A stretch of 64,000 nt of DNA from Spiroplasma sp. (GCA_965226525.1 OZ245361.1:468938-532937); one strand, 5' to 3'; shown: positions 34,088-44,212, counted from the first letter of the stretch. Notes: generated by a model not told the origin, from the sequence alone. Numbers and translations are program-made.

Positions 34088-36949
34088 ATGAAGAAAAGTG
34101 TTGTTAAAAACAAGATAATTAAGACCAACCAAAGCATGACCAGACTCATGAATAGGAAGAAAAGTGCTGTTAAAAACAAGACAATTAAGACTATTTCTTG
34201 AACAAAGAGGTTAAAAGATCGATTTCTTTTTTTCCTAACCCCTAAAATTTCTGATAGGTTATCTGCTTTTTTGGAATATTGAAGTAGTTTAAAACCTTTA
34301 CTTTCTAAGATAAAAATATTGAATTTAGACCTTGATAAAGAAGATTTTTGAAAAAAAACAGGTTTAAATTGAAAAAGAAATGTTAATGTTGAAGGTGATT
34401 TGACACAACAGACTTTACTTGAGATTAAAAATAATCAAAAAATGATTATCAAAATTGCTGATAATTTGGATCAGAGTTTGTTACAAAAACTCTTGTCTTC
34501 TAAGGTAGATCAACACTTGCAAATGATTCAACCTTTACTTGCAGATGTTCAAATTTTTACACCATTGAACAACCTGTCAATTTGGCAAAACACAGGTTTA
34601 GTCTGGTCTGAAGATTTTGATAAAAAAGGAAAGATTAAGGAACACAAAATGGGCATTCTTTTAGAAGAAAATAATGCCAAATTTTTTTTAGCTATTTTTG
34701 AGATCCAACCTACTTTCTTGCTTGGTTTTCTTTTCCAACAGATTTTTCACCATTGAGAAGTAGTGAGAAGTGATTTTTGCAGGATTAAAAAAATTTTTTT
34801 TCCTTCTGATGATGATTTGATTTTTTGATCCCATTTTGAATTAAAAAAATCTTTTTTTGACAGTAATTGTTGTTTAAAGAAGGAAGATTATCTTCTACCA
34901 CTTTTGCAAAAAAGAAAGGTTGATTTGTTAAAAATTAAAGCAGTTAATGAAGTTAAGGTTCAACAGTTTGTTCTGAAAACAGTATTGAAATCTTGAATTA
35001 AAAACTCTTCACTGTTACAAAAAATCAAAAGTTTGAATCTCAGTCTTAGTTCAGAAATGAAGTGGAACAACTCTGGTCTGAATTTAGTTTATGATTTTAC
35101 TGAAGCAGGAAAATTCAGCAAGGAAGGTGAAAAAAAAATTGGTAAATATAAGACTGGTCAGTTATTAAAAATTCACTATGATTTTACTCCACATTTTTTT
35201 ATTGGTTTTTTAAAAAAACAGATTTTAAATCATTGAAAAATTCTGCAAAATTATCTCCAGAAGTTAATAAAGATTGATAGTTCTTTTTTTCAAGACAGTG
35301 GTTGAATCAGTTTGGAAATAGACATAAAAAGAGATCTTGATTCTAATTGGTTTTTTAGACCTTTGACAGATGAAAAAATTTATTCTTGAAAAACAAACAG
35401 TTTGTATCATTTTTTTAACTTGAATGCTAGTTTTTTAAGTAAAAAAATTATTGATGGAATTGAAATTCATTGAGATAAAATTTCTGTACCTTTACAAAAG
35501 GTTTTGATTTTTGATAAACAAAAGTTTATTGATTTACCAGTTTGAAAACAAACTGGTCTCAAGATTGAAACTGATTTGCAAGAAAATTGCAAATTGTTTT
35601 TTTCTGTTTTAAGGGATGTTGCTAATTTTTCTCTAGAGCAAATCTTGGCAATTAAAAAAATTAATGTTGTTTTTTTAAAGAAATTTTTTTTAGATGTTTT
35701 TCGTCAACACTGAAAGAATTTAGTTCCTGTTTTTAAAGTTGCTAAAAGTAGGAATTGTAATCTTTCTAATCAAGATTTTTGGTTTTTAACTAACCTGAGT
35801 TGAGAAACTGATCTGCAAGCTGATGGTTGATTAACTGCAAATACTATGGAAACTATTTTAAATAAGACAATTAAACAAATAACTGCAATTAAAAATCTAG
35901 ATGCTGTTAGTGTCAGAGAATTTTTGAATGTTTTTTCAGAAAGAAAAACAGAGTTAAGTGTTGCTAAAACAGGTAAAAAATTAGTGGTATCTAGTTTTTG
36001 ATCAAAGGTGAAAAGTTTTTTTGGTTTTCGAGAAAAAAAGCAACGTTCTATTCAAAATCGTTTAGAAAATAGTGTAAGTTTGAACAGTTTAGATCTGCAT
36101 AAAACCATTAAGAATCTTAATGATTATAAAAAAAGGATTACTACTTTGAAAAATCTACGAAAAGATTATTCTAATTCAATTATTAGTGATCAAGACATTG
36201 TTGCTACAGGGGTAGTAGGTATTCAACCTAAACGTTTTATTGCAGAACTTGAAGGTGTGACAAAATATTTTTTAACTGGCAACAGTCTCAGTCAAGTTAT
36301 TCAAAAAACTTATCTGAAGATTAAAACTGGTGATTTTGTTGTTGTTTTAGGTCCATCAGGAGCTGGTAAAAGCACCCTTTTGAATTTGATTTCAGGAATT
36401 GATAGTCCTGATGGTGGTGATTTATTTGTGGATGGCATCAATTTAACTTTGCTTGATGAAGCTGGTTTGACTGACTTTCGTCGTAAATACATTGGTTTTG
36501 TTTTTCAACAGTATAACTTATTGCAAAATTTAACAGCAGGAGAAAACGTTGATGTAGTGGCTACTCTTTTGCCTGAGGAAAAGGAACCATTGAATATGAA
36601 AGAAATTTTTCAACTCTTAGGTATAGAAACCCTTTTGGATAAATATCCATTTCAACTTTCTGGTGGTCAACAACAAAGGTTTTCTATTGCCAGAGCACTG
36701 GCAAAAAATCCTGATATTCTCTTTTGTGATGAACCTACTGGAGCATTAGACCAAGAAATGTCCAAAAAAGTAATGCAGATTCTTTTTAAAATCAACCAAA
36801 AGTATGGAACAACAATTATTCTGGTCACTCATAATCAAATTTTTTCTCAAATTGCTAAGACAGTTTTTCATTTTATTAATGGTAAAGTGGTTAAGATTTT
36901 AGAGAACAAAAAACAGTTAGAACCTAAAGACATTAGTTTTCAATACTAG
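34088..36949 (+). CDS. 953-codon ORF: about 640 aa of novel Trp-rich tandem-module N-terminal region in frame with a MacB/LolD-type ABC transporter ATP-binding domain
   Basis: I checked codon by codon and found no TAA or TAG in frame from ATG 34088 to TAG 36947-36949. Track ORFs 34400, 35033 and 36008 all lie in this frame, separated only by TGA. C-terminal motifs: GPSGAGKSTLLN (Walker A), LSGGQQQR (signature) and ILFCDEPTGALD (Walker B). The ATPase could also initiate internally at GTG 36008. Confidence 0.75.
34090..34191 (+). repeat. Direct repeat of 36 nt (2 mismatches), copies at 34090-34125 and 34156-34191, offset 66 nt in frame
   Basis: GAAGAAAAGTGTTGTTAAAAACAAGATAATTAAGAC versus GAAGAAAAGTGCTGTTAAAAACAAGACAATTAAGAC. 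The copies encode KKSVVKNKIIKT and KKSAVKNKTIKT at the N-terminus of the large ORF. Confidence 0.9.
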
Positions 36950-36963
36950 TTTATTTTAATTTG

Positions 36964-38442
36964 ATGACATCTGAACAATTAGTGCGTTTTAAAAAGTTGG
37001 AAAAATTAATTTCTAATCAACAAAATCCCTTTTTTAATTATTTTTTGCCTCGCAATCAGATTGGCAACTTATTGAAGTTTAATCATTTGACTAGAGAAGA
37101 AATTTTTCAAAAAAAAGCAAAAATAAACTGCCAAATTGCTGGTCGTCTTTTGCAAATTCGTAATTTTGGTAATTTAATTTTTGCTAAAATTGTTGATGCT
37201 ACTGGAGAAATTCAAATTTTAGTAGATAAGAAAAGAAGCGGAGACAATCTTTTAAGGCAGTTTATGGATTATGATCGGGGTGATATTATTGCCCTGAAGA
37301 AGGCAGAATTGATGAAAAGTAACTCTAATGAATTAACAATTTTGGTTTTTTCTGTAGTTTTACTGGTTAAAAGTTTACAAACCTTTCCAGAAAAATATCA
37401 CGGTTTAGTTGATACTGAAATTTGTTATCGTCAACGTTATTTAGATTTGTTGTTAAACAAAAATGTTCGCAATGTTTTCCAAAAAAGGTCACAAATTGTT
37501 CAAGAAATTAGAAATTTTCTTAACTGCAAAAAGTTTCTGGAGGTAGAAACACCAGTTCTTCACCCTGTTTTAGGAGGGGCTGCTGCCACTCCATTTCAGA
37601 CTTTTCACAATGCTTTAAAAACACCTTTTTATCTACGTATAGCGCCTGAGTTATACCTTAAGCAATTAATTGTGGGTGGTTTGGAAAAAGTTTATGAAAT
37701 AGGTCGGTTGTTTCGTAATGAAGGCATTTCTTCCAAACACAATCCTGAATTTAGTGCTATTGAAATTTATCAAGCTTATGGCAATATGAAAACAATGATG
37801 GAATTGGCAGAACAACTTTTGTCTCATCTTAGTCAAAAGTTGTTTCAAAAATATGATTTTTTGTACCAGAACCAAAGAATTAGTTTTCAACCTCCTTTTA
37901 AAAAAGTAAAAATGTTGGATTTAGTTTTTTCTGTTACTGGATTTGATTTTAGAAAGATTACCACTTTAGAGGTTGCTATTCAGGTTGCTAAAAAACTAAA
38001 AATAGTTGTTTTACCTTATCAAAAAACAATTGGTCATATTTTAAATTTAGTTTTTGAAAAACATTGTCAAGAACAGTTGATCCAACCAACTTTTGTTTAT
38101 CAATATCCCATCGAAGTTTCTCCCTTTGCTAAACAGTTGAGTTCTGATTCTCAATACACAGAAAGGTTTGAACTTTTTATCGCTGGTCAAGAAGTGGCTA
38201 ATGCTTTTTCTGAGTTAAATGATCCACAAGAACAAAAAAGAAGGTTGGAAGCACAATTGAAAGAAAGAAAATTAGGAAATGTTGAAACAAATGAAATTGA
38301 TCAAGATTATCTTTTGGCTTTGCACTATGGTTTGCCACCAACAGGTGGGATTGGTTTAGGCATTGATCGATTGGTAATGCTTTTGACTAATCAAAGCAAC
38401 ATTCGAGATGTTATTCTTTTTCCTACCCTTAAAAGAAAGTAG
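36964..38442 (+). CDS. lysS: Lysine--tRNA ligase (class II)
   Basis: YRQRYLDLL, FLEVETPVL, FRNEGISSKHNPEFSAIEIYQAY and GGIGLGIDRLVMLLT. Start is ATG 36964 (TTG 36961 is an alternative). Confidence 0.95.
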   Translation: MTSEQLVRFKKLEKLISNQQNPFFNYFLPRNQIGNLLKFNHLTREEIFQKKAKINCQIAGRLLQIRNFGNLIFAKIVDATGEIQILVDKKRSGDNLLRQFMDYDRGDIIALKKAELMKSNSNELTILVFSVVLLVKSLQTFPEKYHGLVDTEICYRQRYLDLLLNKNVRNVFQKRSQIVQEIRNFLNCKKFLEVETPVLHPVLGGAAATPFQTFHNALKTPFYLRIAPELYLKQLIVGGLEKVYEIGRLFRNEGISSKHNPEFSAIEIYQAYGNMKTMMELAEQLLSHLSQKLFQKYDFLYQNQRISFQPPFKKVKMLDLVFSVTGFDFRKITTLEVAIQVAKKLKIVVLPYQKTIGHILNLVFEKHCQEQLIQPTFVYQYPIEVSPFAKQLSSDSQYTERFELFIAGQEVANAFSELNDPQEQKRRLEAQLKERKLGNVETNEIDQDYLLALHYGLPPTGGIGLGIDRLVMLLTNQSNIRDVILFPTLKRK

Positions 38443-38478
38443 AAGATGTTTTTAATCTCCTTTAATGAGGGTTCTTTA

Positions 38479-38487
38479 TGTTAAAAT
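38479..38487 (+). promoter_or_regulatory. Extended -10 element TGTTAAAAT upstream of rpsQ; an internal promoter restarting the spc cluster after the insertion
   Basis: TGnTAAAAT lies 12 nt before the rpsQ ATG. No SD sequence is evident in between. Confidence 0.45.
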
Positions 38488-38499
38488 TTATCTGTTTGT

Positions 38500-38883
38500 A
38501 TGAATTCTAAGGTTTTGTTAGTTCAGGAACAATCAACAAGGTTTATTCCTCCCAAAAAGAAGAAATTTACTTTGGTTGGTAAAGTAGTTCAAAATGTTTT
38601 GGATAAAACAGCCACAGTTGAAGTTGTTAGAAAATTTCGACACTCTGTTTATCAAAAAACTGTTTTTAGAACAAAGAAATATTTAGTTCATGATCCTGAT
38701 AACAAAATGAATTTAGGTGATCAGGTCTTAATTGCTAATACCAAAAAAATTTCTCTGAGAAAAAGTTTTTTTTTGGTGAAGATTTTGAAAAAAAGTACTT
38801 TTATTTCAGATGGCAAGGAGAAACCAGCAAAGGATACTGGCAGCACTTTTTCAGATGATTCTGGTATGAAAAAAACACTTTAA
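38500..38883 (+). CDS. rpsQ: 30S ribosomal protein S17 with N- and C-terminal extensions
   Basis: [56 protein letters not shown]. Confidence 0.9.
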   Translation: MNSKVLLVQEQSTRFIPPKKKKFTLVGKVVQNVLDKTATVEVVRKFRHSVYQKTVFRTKKYLVHDPDNKMNLGDQVLIANTKKISLRKSFFLVKILKKSTFISDGKEKPAKDTGSTFSDDSGMKKTL

Positions 38884-39248
38884 TGATTCAGAAAGAGACA
38901 AGGTTAAAAGTTGTTGATAACACTGGGGCTAAGGAAGTTTTGGTGATTTGTAATTTAACTTCAGCAAGCAGTTTTGCTTCTGTTGGTGATGTAGTAGTGG
39001 CAACAGTTAAAATTGCTCTGCCTTCAGGTTTGGTAAAAAAAGGAGAGGTTGTTCAAGCAGTTGTTGTCCGAACAAAATTTCCTATTCAAAGAAAAGATGG
39101 TCAAACTGTTCAGTTTAATGAAAATGCAGCAGTAATTATTAATAAAAACAAAACTCCCAGAGGAACTAGGATTTTTGGTCCTGTTGCTAATGAATTAAGA
39201 TGGAAAGGTTTTGGTAAAATAATTTCTTTGGTTGAGGAAGTTGTTTAG
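38883..39248 (+). CDS. rplN: 50S ribosomal protein L14
   Basis: [22 protein letters not shown]...[26 protein letters not shown]. Confidence 0.95.
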   Translation: MIQKETRLKVVDNTGAKEVLVICNLTSASSFASVGDVVVATVKIALPSGLVKKGEVVQAVVVRTKFPIQRKDGQTVQFNENAAVIINKNKTPRGTRIFGPVANELRWKGFGKIISLVEEVV

Positions 39249-39259
39249 AGAATTTTGTG

Positions 39260-39568
39260 ATGCGAATTAAAAAAGGAGATTTTGTTCGAGTAATTGCTGG
39301 TAAACACAAAGCAACTGAAGGTCAAGTTGTTAAGATTGATCATCAAAGTTGTTCTGTCTTTTTAGAAGAAATTAAAGTTAAAAAACATCAAAAACCTACT
39401 CAAGAAAAAGGTAAAGGTCAAATTGTAGAAATCCATTGACCAGTTCATGTTTCTAATGTTATGGCTTTAGATCCAAGAAAAAAAGTGTTGACTCGTATAG
39501 GTTATAAGTTTAAGGATAATAGAAAACTGCGTTTTGCTAAAAAAACTGGTGAGGAGTACCCTAATTAA
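39260..39568 (+). CDS. rplX: 50S ribosomal protein L24
   Basis: [26 protein letters not shown] (KOW domain). TGA at 39437 is read as Trp. TAA stop at 39566-39568. Confidence 0.9.
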
Positions 39569-39575
39569 AGAAATA

Positions 39576-40124
39576 ATGGAACACAATCTTTTTTTACATT
39601 TTAGAGATAATTTGTTGTTTCAACTGCAAAAAGAGGGTAATTATTCTTCAGTTATGGCTGTTCCTCGTTTAGTAAAATTAGTGGTGAGTATGTGTGTTAA
39701 GCAAGCAGTGCAAGACCACAAGGCTTTGGATGATGCTTTTAATGAACTAACTTTAATTACTGGGCAAAAACCAACCATTACAAAAGCTAGAAAATCAATT
39801 GCCGGTTTTAAAATTCGTCAAGGGATGCCAATTGGTTGCAAAGTTACTTTACGTGGTCAAAGAATGTATGATTTTATTTTTCGTCTAATTCACATTATTT
39901 TTCCCCGGATTAGTGATTTTCAAGGTTTAAGTATCAATGCTTTTGATGGTGAAGGTAATTACAGCATTGGTATTAAAGAAGAAGTTATTTTTCCAGAAAT
40001 TGATTATGATAAATTAAAATTTAACAAGGGGTTTGGCATTACTTTGGTTACTAGTTGTAAAAAAAAGGAGGAAACTTTATTTTTGCTAAGAAAATTAGGT
40101 TTTCCTCTAAAAAAGAAGGTTTAA
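39576..40124 (+). CDS. rplE: 50S ribosomal protein L5
   Basis: [14 protein letters not shown]...[34 protein letters not shown]...FPEIDYDK. Confidence 0.95.
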   Translation: MEHNLFLHFRDNLLFQLQKEGNYSSVMAVPRLVKLVVSMCVKQAVQDHKALDDAFNELTLITGQKPTITKARKSIAGFKIRQGMPIGCKVTLRGQRMYDFIFRLIHIIFPRISDFQGLSINAFDGEGNYSIGIKEEVIFPEIDYDKLKFNKGFGITLVTSCKKKEETLFLLRKLGFPLKKKV

Positions 40125-40128
40125 AAAA

Positions 40129-40314
40129 ATGGCACGCAAAGCATTAGTTTCAAAGCAAAAAAAATACAAAAAGTTTTCTACTCGTAATTATACTCGTTGT
40201 AACTCTTGTGGTTGGCAACGTTCTGTTTTACGTAAATTTATGCTTTGCAGAATTTGTTTTCGCCACTTTGCTCACCAAGGTTTGATTCCTGGGGTTAAGA
40301 AGGCATCTTGATAA
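40129..40314 (+). CDS. rpsN: 30S ribosomal protein S14, Zn-ribbon (type Z)
   Basis: [12 protein letters not shown]...CNSCG...[22 protein letters not shown], with the terminal Trp encoded by TGA. Confidence 0.95.
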
Positions 40315-40319
40315 AGGAA

Positions 40320-40708
40320 ATGATTAGTGATCAAGTTGGTGATTTGTTAACAAGAATTCGAAATGCAACTAGGGCAGGCAAGGTTAAATGCTCAGTTCCT
40401 GCCTCTAAGTTGAAAAGGGAGGTTTTGCGAATTCTTCTACAAGAGGGTTATATTTTGGTTATCAAACTGTTGCTCAAAAGCATTCTGTGTTCACAATTGA
40501 TCTTAAGTATAAAGGTAAAATCTCAGTGATCCAGGAAATTAAGAGGGTGTCTAAACCAGGATTACGTATTTATGTGAAAAAGAAGAAGATACCACTTGTT
40601 TTGAGAGGTATTGGCATTGCTATTTTGTCTACTTCATCTGGAGTAATGACTGGTAGGGAGGCAAAAAATAAAAATGTAGGAGGAGAAATTCTTTCATATG
40701 TTTGATAG
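40320..40708 (+). CDS. rpsH: 30S ribosomal protein S8, interrupted by an apparent 1-nt frameshift near 40455-40459
   Basis: The N-terminal half [46 protein letters not shown] is in frame 0. The C-terminal half [40 protein letters not shown]...GGEILSYVW is in frame 2 (the -1 frame). Confidence 0.85.
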
Positions 40709-40725
40709 TTTATTTGGTTGTTTTT

Positions 40726-41286
40726 ATGTCTAGAATTGGTAAAAGATTATTAAAAGTTCCCAAGGATGTTTCCTTGTATTTTTCTCCTGATTTTGTTAAT
40801 GTTCAGGTTACTGGTCCGCTGGGTTCTATCAAAAAAAGGTTGTCAGGTTTAGTTGCTATTAATGTTCAAGATGGCGTTGTCCAAACTGATTGTATAAAAA
40901 AAAATGATAAAAGTAGTCAACAAATGTGAGGAACAACAAATGCTTTGTTAAAGAATTGAATGATTGGTGTTACAAAAGGTTTTCAAAAGAAGATATTGAT
41001 TAAAGGTTTGGGTTATAAGGTTAAACTGTTATCTGAAAAGATTTTACAATTGTATTTAGGTTTTTCTCATCCAATTAATTATCAAATACCAGAGGGCATT
41101 AGTGTTGAGGTTTTGCAAAATGTTGATTTGATAATTAAAGGAGTAGATAAGGATTTAGTAGGATTAGTTGCTAGTCAAATTCATAAAATGAAGAAGAAAG
41201 ATCCTTACAAAGGTAAGGGAGTTTTTTATGAAGGTGAAAAAATAACTTTAAAAGTTGGTAAAACAGCAACAAAAAAACAAAGTTAA
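40726..41286 (+). CDS. rplF: 50S ribosomal protein L6
   Basis: MSRIGKRLLKVPKDVS... Track ORFs 40702 and 40960 are in the same frame via TGA. Confidence 0.95.
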
Positions 41287-41296
41287 GGTTAAATAG

Positions 41297-41644
41297 ATGA
41301 GAGATTTTAAAAAGAGAAGAAACATCAGACATTTTCGGATTAGAAAAAAGGTTTTTGGTACAGAAACTAAACCTCGTTTATCAGTTTTTGTTTCTAACAA
41401 ACATTTTTATGCTCAGATTATTAATGATGAAACTTCTCATACATTAGTTGCTTATTCAACTTTAAATTTATCTAATTTTCAAGGTAACAATCAAAAGATT
41501 GTTGTTCAAATTGGCAAAATGATTGCTTTATTAGCAATTAAAAAAAGGATTAAAAAGGTAGTTTTTGACCGGGGAGGTTTTCTTTTTCATGGTAAAGTTA
41601 AAGCATTTGCTAATGCTGCTAGAAAAAATGGGTTAGAATTTTAG
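41297..41644 (+). CDS. rplR: 50S ribosomal protein L18
   Basis: RLSVFVSNKHFYAQIINDE...VVFDRGGFLFHGKVKAFANAARKNGLEF. Confidence 0.95.
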   Translation: MRDFKKRRNIRHFRIRKKVFGTETKPRLSVFVSNKHFYAQIINDETSHTLVAYSTLNLSNFQGNNQKIVVQIGKMIALLAIKKRIKKVVFDRGGFLFHGKVKAFANAARKNGLEF

Positions 41645-41646
41645 GG

Positions 41647-42384
41647 ATGGAAAAAATAGAAAAGAAAAAAGTCTTGATTAATAATCAGTTTAGTTCTCAA
41701 AATGTTTCTAAAGCAGAGAGTAATTTAACAAAACCTAGTTCTGATGCTTCTGAAAAAGCAAGTAAAGACGCTTTAAGAAAGGTAAATGAAGGCAAAGTTG
41801 ATAATCTAGATTTCAATGCTGAAATTAAAAAAGAACAAGAAAGTAAGTATAAAGAACAAGAGAAAAGAAAGATTTTATGAAGAAAAAGCAGCTGAAAGAA
41901 AAGAACAATATCAAAAAACAATTATCATTTGATTGAAGTTAAAAGGGTTATTAAGGTGACTAAAGGAGGAAGAAGGTTTCGTTTTTTTGCTGTAGCTTTA
42001 GTTGGTGATGGTAAGAATCAGGTTGGTTTTGGCACAGGTAAAGCCAATGAAGTTGTCACTGCTAAGCAGAAGGCATTTTTTCAAGCAGAAAAGAATATGA
42101 TTTCAGTAGTTTCTGTCAATGGTACTATTCCTCACAAAGTAGTTGGTAAGTTTTGTGGTTCCAAAATTATTCTAAAACCAGCCACTCAGGGAGCAGGCAT
42201 CTTACTTGGTAGTGCTGCCCGGATGGTTGTTAAGCTTTCAGGAATTACTGATATTTCTGGTAAATCTTTGGGTTCTAACAATAAAATGAATTTAATTCGA
42301 GCCACTCTAAACGCTTTAGAACAGTTACGAACAAGAGAAGAAGTGTTAAGATTAAGGGATTTAAGTAAAAGTTTAGAGGTTTAA
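41647..42384 (+). CDS. rpsE: 30S ribosomal protein S5 with an N-terminal Lys/Glu/Ser-rich extension of about 93 aa
   Basis: The core is LIEVKRVIKVTKGGRRFRFFAVALVGDGKNQVGFGTGKANEV. Track ORFs 41647 and 41929 are in the same frame via TGA. Confidence 0.9.
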
Positions 42385-42387
42385 GTT

Positions 42388-42855
42388 ATGACAAAAGCAA
42401 AAGTAGAAATTAGTTTAAAATTACATAATCTTGAAGTTTTAAAACCTAGTAAAAAGATCAAACGTTTAGGCAGGGGAACAGGTTCTGGCCATGGAAAAAC
42501 TGCTTCCTTTGGTAATAAAGGGCAGAAATCTCGTTCAGGTCACAAATTTGGTGCTAATTTTGAAGGTGGTCAAATGCCTTTTCACCGCCGAATTCCCAAA
42601 AAAAGAGGTTTTGCTAGATTTAAGAAATTAGTTTATCAGACTGTTAATTTATACCAAATTGATCAGAAAAAACTAAAAATTGTTGATCATAAAACTCTTT
42701 ATCATCAAGGATTGATTGCTAGTTTGAAACTTCCAGTTAAAATTTTAGCATTTGGTGCATTAACATCACCTGTGGATTTTAAGGTTAATGCCTTTTCTAA
42801 GAAAGCAGTACAAAAAATTACATCTAATCAGGGCAAGATTATTCCTATTGCTTAA
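42388..42855 (+). CDS. rplO: 50S ribosomal protein L15
   Basis: RLGRGTGSGHGKTASFGNKGQKSRSG...EGGQMPFHRRIPKKRGF. Confidence 0.95.
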   Translation: MTKAKVEISLKLHNLEVLKPSKKIKRLGRGTGSGHGKTASFGNKGQKSRSGHKFGANFEGGQMPFHRRIPKKRGFARFKKLVYQTVNLYQIDQKKLKIVDHKTLYHQGLIASLKLPVKILAFGALTSPVDFKVNAFSKKAVQKITSNQGKIIPIA

Positions 42856-42859
42856 ACAA

Positions 42860-44212
42860 ATGTGAAAAAAAGTTTTTAATTTTTTTCAAACTAATAGCAA
42901 GATTTTTCAGAGGGTTTTGTTTACTCTTTTTATTTTGATTCTTTTTCGTGTTGGTGCTTTAATCACTATGCCAGGTGTTCAGTGATCAGGAACTGATACA
43001 GGTGATTTTAGTCAGTTTTTAACATTATTGTCACTTCTAGGTGGTGGAGTTATTAGTCGTCTTTCTCTTTTTGCTCTCGGTATTTCACCTTTTATTACTG
43101 CTTCCATTATTGTGCAGTTACTTTCTAGTGGTTTAATTCCACCAATTAGCAAATGAGCAAAACAAGGACATTATGGACAAGTAAGATTGAATTATTTAAC
43201 TAAGTTTTTAACTGTTCCAATTGGTTATTTACAATCTTTTGCAATCATTAAGTCGCTTGAGAATGGTAATTTGATTGTTGTAAATTGGTCAATTGCGGGT
43301 TATCACAATGCTTTGTTTTATTATTTCCTTTGCCCTCTTGTTTTAATTGCTGGAACAATGATTACTCTTTTGCTTGCTGATTTAATTTCCTTTAAAGGAA
43401 TTGGTCAGGGTATTTCTGTAATTATTTTTACTGGTATTTTAGTTTCAGTAGTTTATCAATTTGAAAGTGCAGGAAAATTTTTGTTTACAGATATTGACAA
43501 CATTAATCAGATTTTTTTTAATTTTAATCGGTTTTTTATTTATCTGCTTGCTATTTTTTTTCTTTTGTATTTAATCATCTTTTTAAACAACTCCCAACGT
43601 CATATTCCTATTCAACAGATTAGGTCTGGTTTGCATTTAAGTGATGAAAAACGTCCTTATTTACCCATTAAATTGAATCCATCAGGAGTGATTCCTGTTA
43701 TTTTTGCTTCAACATTGTTCTCTCTTTTTAGTTCTATTTCTGAAATTGTTAAAAATAGTGATCCTGAAAACAGTTATGTAATTTTTGTTCAAGATTATTT
43801 AGGTTTGACTTCCTGAAGTGGTATGGCTATTTTTGCTTTTTTGGTTTTTGTTTTTGCTCTGCTGTATGCCCATATTATTATTAATAGTGAAAATTTAGCT
43901 GAAAATTTCAGAAAAGGCGGAGTTTATATTCCAGGAGTTGATCCTGGTGATGAAACAAAGAATTATATTACCTATATAGTTAATCGTTTAACATTTTTTG
44001 GTGCCTTTTATTTAACCTTTTTAAGTGTTTTTTCTTTACTTTTAACTAAGTTATTATTTCCAGACCAATTGAGTTCTTTTGCTGTTAGTGGAACTAGTTT
44101 GCTTATCTTAGTTTTAGTTGGTGAAAGCATTATTTATCAGATTTTTGATCTTAAAACTCAGGTTAAGTATTTGCATCTTTGAAAAAGAAAAAAAGATTTT
44201 TTTTTATGATAA
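42860..44212 (+). CDS. secY: Preprotein translocase subunit SecY
   Basis: MWKKVFNFF...[16 protein letters not shown]...[19 protein letters not shown]. Track ORFs 43187 and 43823 are in the same frame. TAA stop at 44210-44212. Confidence 0.95.
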
